Shown here in pieces: positions 26,365 to 32,000 of a DNA stretch of 32,000 nucleotides. Location of the stretch: sequence record OY101132.1. One strand, written 5' to 3'. The notes under the pieces were generated by a model. It had not been told where the DNA came from. It searched no databases and saw only the letters and a list, made by a program, of their open reading frames with translations. The position numbers and the translations under genes are program-made. Numbering within the stretch: position 1 is the first letter of the stretch; every line of letters begins with the position of its first letter.

Positions 26365-27936
26365 TTAAAAGAAATTTGTAGTACTTGTTCGAGTGATTTT
26401 TGAACAATTTACAAGAACAGACGAATTATAACTAAACGAATCTTTTCCATTTCCATTAAAAAAATCATCTAACCAACCTTTTACTTTAGTATTTAATACT
26501 TTTACTTTTGACGGTTTAATACTAGCAATAGGTAACTTAGTTAATGGTGAATTAGTCTTTGTTAAATAAAAACTTAAACTTGTTAAAGTCTGTACTGCAT
26601 AAAATTGAAAATTAACGTAATTTTTAAAATTGAACGAATTAACAGAATCAAAATTTATTAAAGTGTTGTCTTTTGTATTATTAAAAAATAGTACTGATTT
26701 TGTGTTAGCATAAAACTTTCGGGTAATCTGCCAATTCGTTTTCGAATTTTTTTTAAAATGTATTAATTTTGTAGTTCTTTTAATTAACCCTTGTGTGTTA
26801 ATATAGGTTTCATTATCTTCTAAAAATAAATTACTTGGCAAATGAAAATAACTGTTAAATAATTTATTTTCAAGTTTATTATAAACTAATTCATTTAAAG
26901 GAGTTATATTTTGCTCTACAAAAATTTTGTTAGCCAGAGTTTTATTTGAATTAAATATATTTAACATATGAAGTTCTACTAATTTTTTCATGTTCGCAGC
27001 AGAACTTAATGAAACATTGATATAATATAAACCAAAGAAGTTAACAAAATCTTCACTAGAAAGTGGTAAAAATCGATTTAAAGATTGAATTCCTACACTA
27101 CCAATATTATGATTCAAGACATTAACACCATTCCAAGCGGTATCTAAAACGCTTGTGTACTTTAACACTTCTGTAAAAATCTTGGCATCATTTCGTTTAA
27201 ATAATTCGGTATTTGTAATAACAACAGGGAACTCGGCATTTTTAATATCTTGACAAGACATATGAGTACCTTCTGCTAAAGAATTCAAAATACTAAAATT
27301 AGAACCTAAGTTATAAGTTGGAAAAGTCAAATCTAACATAGAACCAAAATTTAACAATTTAAAATTTCCTTTTAAAAATCTTTGACGAAGGTTAAGATTT
27401 AAAACATACCCTTCATATCTAGGATTTGTGTTTACTAAAATTCCTAAAGTTGACATGTGAAGTTTTGGTTTTTCAGTAGATGATCCTAATTGGTATTGAG
27501 TTTCAAAGTCGTTTGAAACTTTATGACTTTCAACTTTTCGCAATTCAATTAATGAACAATTTTGCTTTAACAAATATAACATATTTACAGTTTCTAAACT
27601 TAAGTTTTCAAATGCGAAAATAAACGAAAATGCATTTCGCTTGTGTAAATTTAAATGATCAATAAAGTACATTAATTCTGAAACATCATTAAAAAATTTT
27701 TCCCAGTTTGTTGGCTTAGTCGATGATTTTTCAAACATACCGTCAAAAAATAATCTTCCTTTGTCCGTTAACCATGGAGTGCTAGGATCGTTAGGTTCTG
27801 CTAAAAAAATTTGGTTTTCTCGAATAGATAACCTTAAACCTACTCCAAAGCTATCTGTTGGATCAATAGCTTCTCCTTCAATAAATTCCCATTCTCTTAA
27901 CTCATCTGAAAATGCTTTAAGTGTAAGTGCTCCCAT
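26365..27936 (-). CDS. nad11: NADH dehydrogenase subunit 11, C-terminal (molybdopterin-like) module as a separate gene
   Basis: 523 aa starting 'MGALTLKAFSDELREWEFIEGEAIDPTDSFGVGLRLSIRENQIFLAEPN..PWLTDKGRLFFDGM'. This is colinear with the 75-kDa/NuoG segment 'VGALTSKPYAF.ARPWE...ESIDV.DAVGSNI...NEEWISDKTRFAYDGL'. Confidence 0.8.
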   Translation of the reverse strand: MGALTLKAFSDELREWEFIEGEAIDPTDSFGVGLRLSIRENQIFLAEPNDPSTPWLTDKGRLFFDGMFEKSSTKPTNWEKFFNDVSELMYFIDHLNLHKRNAFSFIFAFENLSLETVNMLYLLKQNCSLIELRKVESHKVSNDFETQYQLGSSTEKPKLHMSTLGILVNTNPRYEGYVLNLNLRQRFLKGNFKLLNFGSMLDLTFPTYNLGSNFSILNSLAEGTHMSCQDIKNAEFPVVITNTELFKRNDAKIFTEVLKYTSVLDTAWNGVNVLNHNIGSVGIQSLNRFLPLSSEDFVNFFGLYYINVSLSSAANMKKLVELHMLNIFNSNKTLANKIFVEQNITPLNELVYNKLENKLFNSYFHLPSNLFLEDNETYINTQGLIKRTTKLIHFKKNSKTNWQITRKFYANTKSVLFFNNTKDNTLINFDSVNSFNFKNYVNFQFYAVQTLTSLSFYLTKTNSPLTKLPIASIKPSKVKVLNTKVKGWLDDFFNGNGKDSFSYNSSVLVNCSKITRTSTTNFF

Positions 27937-27950
27937 TTAAAAATGTAATA

Positions 27951-28023
27951 TAAGCGATAGCGGATTCGAACCACTAACTTTCTCGTTGTAAGCGAGACAC
28001 TCTACCAATTGAGTTAATCACTT
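27951..28023 (-). tRNA. trnV: tRNA-Val, anticodon TAC
   Basis: Reverse complement gives acceptor AAGTGAT/ATCGCTT, anticodon stem TCTCG/CGAGA, loop CTTACAA, T-arm AGTGG-TTCGAAT-CCGCT. Confidence 0.88.
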
Positions 28024-28024
28024 T

Positions 28025-28098
28025 TGACGGAAGAGGGACTTGAACCCCCGACAGTTGGATTATGATTCCAACGTTCTAACCAACTGAACTACTCCGCC
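28025..28098 (-). tRNA. trnM: tRNA with anticodon CAT (second copy; Met, fMet or Ile unresolved)
   Basis: Reverse complement gives acceptor GGCGGAG/TTCCGTC, anticodon stem TTGGA/TCCAA, loop ATCATAA, T-arm GGGGG-TTCAAGT-CCCTC. Confidence 0.85.
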
Positions 28099-28124
28099 TT
28101 GTATTTAATATTACTTACGAAGAT

Positions 28125-28712
28125 TTACAATACATTTTTTCGAGACAACTGACGGAAAAGAGATTGTTCTCGTTTTTCACCTTTGGTGAAAGCTGATTTA
28201 ACTGTCAAGAACGCCACACCAATAACAGCTAAATAAAGAATTAACCCTGCCATTAAAATTTGTAAGACATAATGAGTGTAAAAAATTTGACCAAAAACAT
28301 AAACATCTGGAAGAGCATCTAAACTATCGTACCAATTTAAATAAGAATTGTGTTCGAAGACACTCATATTTGTGTTTTTAGAGAAAACTTTTAAGAAAGC
28401 CCCGTAAACTTCAACTAATAAAGTAATACCTATGAACACACCTACTGGTAAGTAGAGTCGACTTGTTTGTAAATCTCTGTATTTTATATTTAACATCATT
28501 ACTACAAACAAAAATAAAATCGCAATCGCACCTAAATAAATAATCAGAAAGAAAAGTGCTAAAAATTCATTTTCAAATAAAAATAAAAGTATAGAAGACG
28601 ATAAAAAACTTGTTACTAAAAATAACACTGAATGAAGAGGATTTTGCGAAATAATAACCATTGAAGCACTTACTAATAGTAGTGCACACATCAAATAAAC
28701 TAATGCAATCAT
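28125..28712 (-). CDS. nad6: NADH dehydrogenase subunit 6
   Basis: 195-aa hydrophobic ORF, 'VIISQNPLHSVLFLV' ... 'IYLGAIAILFLFVVMML'. Confidence 0.9.
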   Translation of the reverse strand: MIALVYLMCALLLVSASMVIISQNPLHSVLFLVTSFLSSSILLFLFENEFLALFFLIIYLGAIAILFLFVVMMLNIKYRDLQTSRLYLPVGVFIGITLLVEVYGAFLKVFSKNTNMSVFEHNSYLNWYDSLDALPDVYVFGQIFYTHYVLQILMAGLILYLAVIGVAFLTVKSAFTKGEKREQSLFRQLSRKNVL

Positions 28713-28716
28713 TTTA

Positions 28717-28789
28717 TGTCAGAGGCAGGATTCGAACCTACAAACTTTAGGACATGAGCCTAACATGCTAACCAACGCACTTCTCTGAC
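28717..28789 (-). tRNA. trnM: tRNA with anticodon CAT (third copy)
   Basis: Reverse complement gives acceptor GTCAGAG/CTCTGAC, anticodon stem TTAGG/CCTAA, loop CTCATGT, T-arm GTAGG-TTCGAAT-CCTGC. Confidence 0.85.
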
Positions 28790-28859
28790 AAGCGGCTAAA
28801 TAGTATTTAAGTTATTCCCGGTAAACCAGTATTTTGAAAAACTTTTAAGCCAAACGCTT
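28790..28859 (-). ncRNA. candidate small structured RNA (possible reduced 5S-like rRNA); hypothesis only
   Basis: In the sense strand the few G/C-containing blocks pair in register: AAGC/GCTT, GGCT/AGCC, CTGG-TTTA-CCGG. AAUA...GAAU flanks the apical stem, resembling a loop-E AGUA/GAA motif. It sits between rns plus a tRNA-like element and trnM. Confidence 0.25.
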
Positions 28860-28867
28860 GAAAACAA

Positions 28868-28940
28868 TTTTCAGGTTAAATGAAAAAAGGATTCGAACCT
28901 TTATTTTAGTCACTTTTTAAAAGGACAAAATACCAATTGA
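28868..28940 (-). pseudogene. tRNA-like element (73 nt) abutting the rns 3' end, with an aberrant D and anticodon arm
   Basis: Reverse complement has a perfect acceptor AATGAAA/TTTCATT, T-arm AAAGG-TTCGAAT-CCTTT and D-loop AATTGGTA, but the D-stem does not pair. The anticodon region is the near-palindrome GTCCTTTTAAAAAGTGAC (8-nt loop; best reading UAA). Confidence 0.45.
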
Positions 28941-30430
<1,490 letters not shown>

Positions 30431-30529
30431 TACTAATTCTACGTATTTATATATTATCGTACATACAATTAATTTGAATTAAAATCTAATAAAACTAAAA
30501 TATTAATTAGTTCAAAAATAGTAAAAAGT

Positions 30530-30814
30530 CTTTAAAATTTATTTTTTAGTACTTGTTAGCTAAAAATCTTACAATTCTTACACACCAAGCCTATCTATGT
30601 AATAATCTATTACATTTTTAAGAAAACTTGTATCGAGGTTAATTTCTCACTTAGATGCTTTCAGTGATTATTTATTATAAATGTAGCTAGTCGACTATGC
30701 TATTGGTATAACAATCGATTCACCAGGGATTTACCTTCACGGGTCCTCTCGTACTACGCTTTACTCCTCTCAGTTTTCTACTCTTGCAGTAGATAGGGAC
30801 CAAACTGTTTCACA
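30530..30814 (-). rRNA. rnl: large-subunit rRNA, 3'-terminal exon (3' end approximate)
   Basis: The sense strand contains TGTGAAACAGTTTGGTCCCTATC, the sarcin-ricin loop AGTACGAGAGGACC, CTGAAAGCATCTAAGTG, and GATAGGCTTGGTGTGTAAG...AGCTAACAAGTACTAA. Confidence 0.85.
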
Positions 30815-31653
30815 CGTGTAATCCCATGTTTTCACACAGGCACGGACTATATCATCATCCTATAGACAAGAGACATCTATAGGAGCTGGCGTATTATACC
30901 CACAATCACATTTTGATAAAACGTTTACGGGTATCTAAAAACTTTAAAAGCGTTCTAAAAGTTTTTAAGTCTCTACGGGGAATCCAAATTTAAATAGAAA
31001 ATTCTTTAATTTAAGGTTTTTTTATATTTCCCTTAACTCTTTCATAACTGACGCTCCAATTCGAGAATTTTTCTGTTTTTCCGAATCATTTTGCGCTTTT
31101 ATTTTATCTACGAGTTCCAAACAATCACAAAACTGATCTAACGTCATATTTTTTTTCTTATAATATTGATCTATTAAAAGAATAGCATTTTTTGCCTGAC
31201 CTCTTTTAAGCATTAAGTCATTTTGGATAAGGACCAACACTTCTCGAACTCTATGCATGCTATTTAAAGTTAAAACATCAACAGTTCTGTTGTTTGAATT
31301 TTCCGCAGGATTAAAATTACCACCCAATTTTTTTTGCCATTTTAATAAGAACCAGCGTCTCGTTGATTTTTGAGTTAAACTTAACTCTACACGAATAGTG
31401 TATTTAAACCTTCGATCTTTAGCGGGTACAATGTTTGCATAAATACTTCCATATCCATCAATAAAGCCGGCGATGTAAGCAATTTCTTTATCTGTTAGTT
31501 GTTTAGACATATTTGCTAAAATATTTTAAAATGAATGATTCAATCTTTGTATTCTTCCCTCGGTATTGCCATCTTAACCAGTTTAATTAAGGAAGGTTTC
31601 ACCGATATTAGCCAGTGCTAGTCGCCTGTTACCAGACGCAAACGCAGTATTCT
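30815..31653 (-). mobile_element. group I intron in rnl at the I-CreI-type site (after the E. coli U2593 equivalent)
   Basis: The exon junction rebuilds GAACGT|TGTGAAACAG against E. coli GAACGU|CGUGAGACAG with no length change. The intron follows a U and ends in G. R-like CGTAGAGACTT and S-like GATGATATAGTCC elements lie downstream of the ORF. Confidence 0.85.
31022..31510 (-). CDS. I-CreI-family single-motif LAGLIDADG protein (162 aa) with Tyr at the catalytic Asp position
   Basis: 'EIAYIAGFIDGYGSIYANIVP' and 'LTQKSTRRWFL' match my recollection of I-CreI 'EFLLYLAGFVDGDGSIIAQIKP' and 'VTQKTQRRWFL'. The length is nearly identical (162 vs 163 aa). Confidence 0.85.
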   Translation of the reverse strand: MSKQLTDKEIAYIAGFIDGYGSIYANIVPAKDRRFKYTIRVELSLTQKSTRRWFLLKWQKKLGGNFNPAENSNNRTVDVLTLNSMHRVREVLVLIQNDLMLKRGQAKNAILLIDQYYKKKNMTLDQFCDCLELVDKIKAQNDSEKQKNSRIGASVMKELREI

Positions 31654-31738
31654 ACGTTCTGAACTCAGATCATGTACCGCCTTCATTGACGAACAGTCAA
31701 ACCCTTGGAACCACCTACAGTTCCAGGATGCGATAATA
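31654..31738 (-). rRNA. rnl: large-subunit rRNA, 85-nt internal exon (peptidyl-transferase region, about E. coli 2509-2593)
   Basis: Sense TATTATCGCATCCTGGAACTGTAGGTGGTTCCAAGGGTTTGACTGTTCGTCAATGAAGGCGGTACATGATCTGAGTTCAGAACGT aligns without gaps to E. coli GCUCAUCACAUCCUGGGGCUG...GGUACGCGAGCUGGGUUUAGAACGU. Confidence 0.8.
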
Positions 31739-32000
31739 GTATAGTCGGGCGAATGTTACCATTCAGTACCCGCTAATCCAAAACCGTACGTGAGCGTCTC
31801 CACTCATACGGCTCCTACTGGCAAGAAGTTTTCCTAACCTTCAAAGTTAATATTTTGTGGAATGAATTTGATCATGACAAAATTCATGTGCAAATTCAAT
31901 TTTGCCTGTTCTTTTACCATTTTTATCAAGTACGTGATGTAACTCGATAATGTCCGTTGGTGTGAAAACAAGATCACATTGAGCACAAGAAAAGTTTTGT
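31739..32000 (-). mobile_element. group II intron in rnl, 3' part (continues past the window edge)
   Basis: Domain V GAGCCGTATGAGTGGAGACGCTCACGTACGGTT (31782-31814). Domain VI helix TAGCGGG.../CCCG-A-CTA with a bulged A at 31745, 7 nt before an ...AC 3' end. The 3' boundary is uncertain by about 3 nt. Confidence 0.8.
31847..32000 (-). CDS. group II intron-encoded protein, C-terminal HNH endonuclease tail (partial; N-terminus outside the window)
   Basis: Reverse-strand translation gives ...CAQCDLVFTPTDIIELHHVLDKNGKRTGKIEFAHEFCHDQIHSTKY*, which fits the C..C / ELHH / CH..IH pattern of the En domain. Confidence 0.75.
   Translation of the reverse strand, partial: QNFSCAQCDLVFTPTDIIELHHVLDKNGKRTGKIEFAHEFCHDQIHSTKY

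Noticed and set aside
30431-30529. rnl-rns spacer examined for a tRNA or small RNA
   Set aside because: It is almost pure A/T with no stable pairing or T-loop motif.

Overview
This window is not a prokaryotic accessory region. It is about 32 kb of a strongly AT-rich mitochondrial genome. Gene content and order point to a photosynthetic stramenopile, and they look most like diatom mtDNA; that is from my memory of published maps and needs a database search. I can support 37 protein genes or gene pieces: nad1, 2, 3, 4, 4L, 5, 6, 7, 9 and a split nad11; cob; cox2; cox3; atp8; atp9; tatC; rps2, 3, 4, 7, 8, 10, 11, 12, 13, 14, 19; rpl2, 5, 6, 14, 16; and three unassigned ORFs. There are also 24 canonical tRNAs, two degenerate tRNA-like elements, a complete rns, and the 3' part of rnl. 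Bacterial-style ribosomal-protein clusters are kept (rpl2-rps19-rps3-rpl16, rps12-rps7, rpl14-rpl5, rps8-rpl6). All conserved genes read open under the standard code and trnW has anticodon CCA, so UGA is not Trp here. Three introns are visible: a group I intron in nad5 with a half-size LAGLIDADG ORF; a group I intron in rnl at the I-CreI-type site, whose I-CreI-like ORF has Tyr in place of the catalytic Asp; and the 3' end of a group II intron in rnl (domain V, domain VI, HNH tail of its ORF). The two rnl introns are separated by an 85-nt exon. Other points worth a second look are a roughly 165-codon in-frame insertion in nad2, nad11 split into two genes on opposite strands with a duplicated junction motif, and a 70-nt GC-paired hairpin that might be a reduced 5S-like RNA. 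I also flag a perfect 15-bp hairpin over the atp9 start codon and non-ATG starts for atp8 and rpl2. I found no CRISPR array, defence island, transposon or any other prokaryote-type system. The novelty here is organellar, and every functional claim remains untested.
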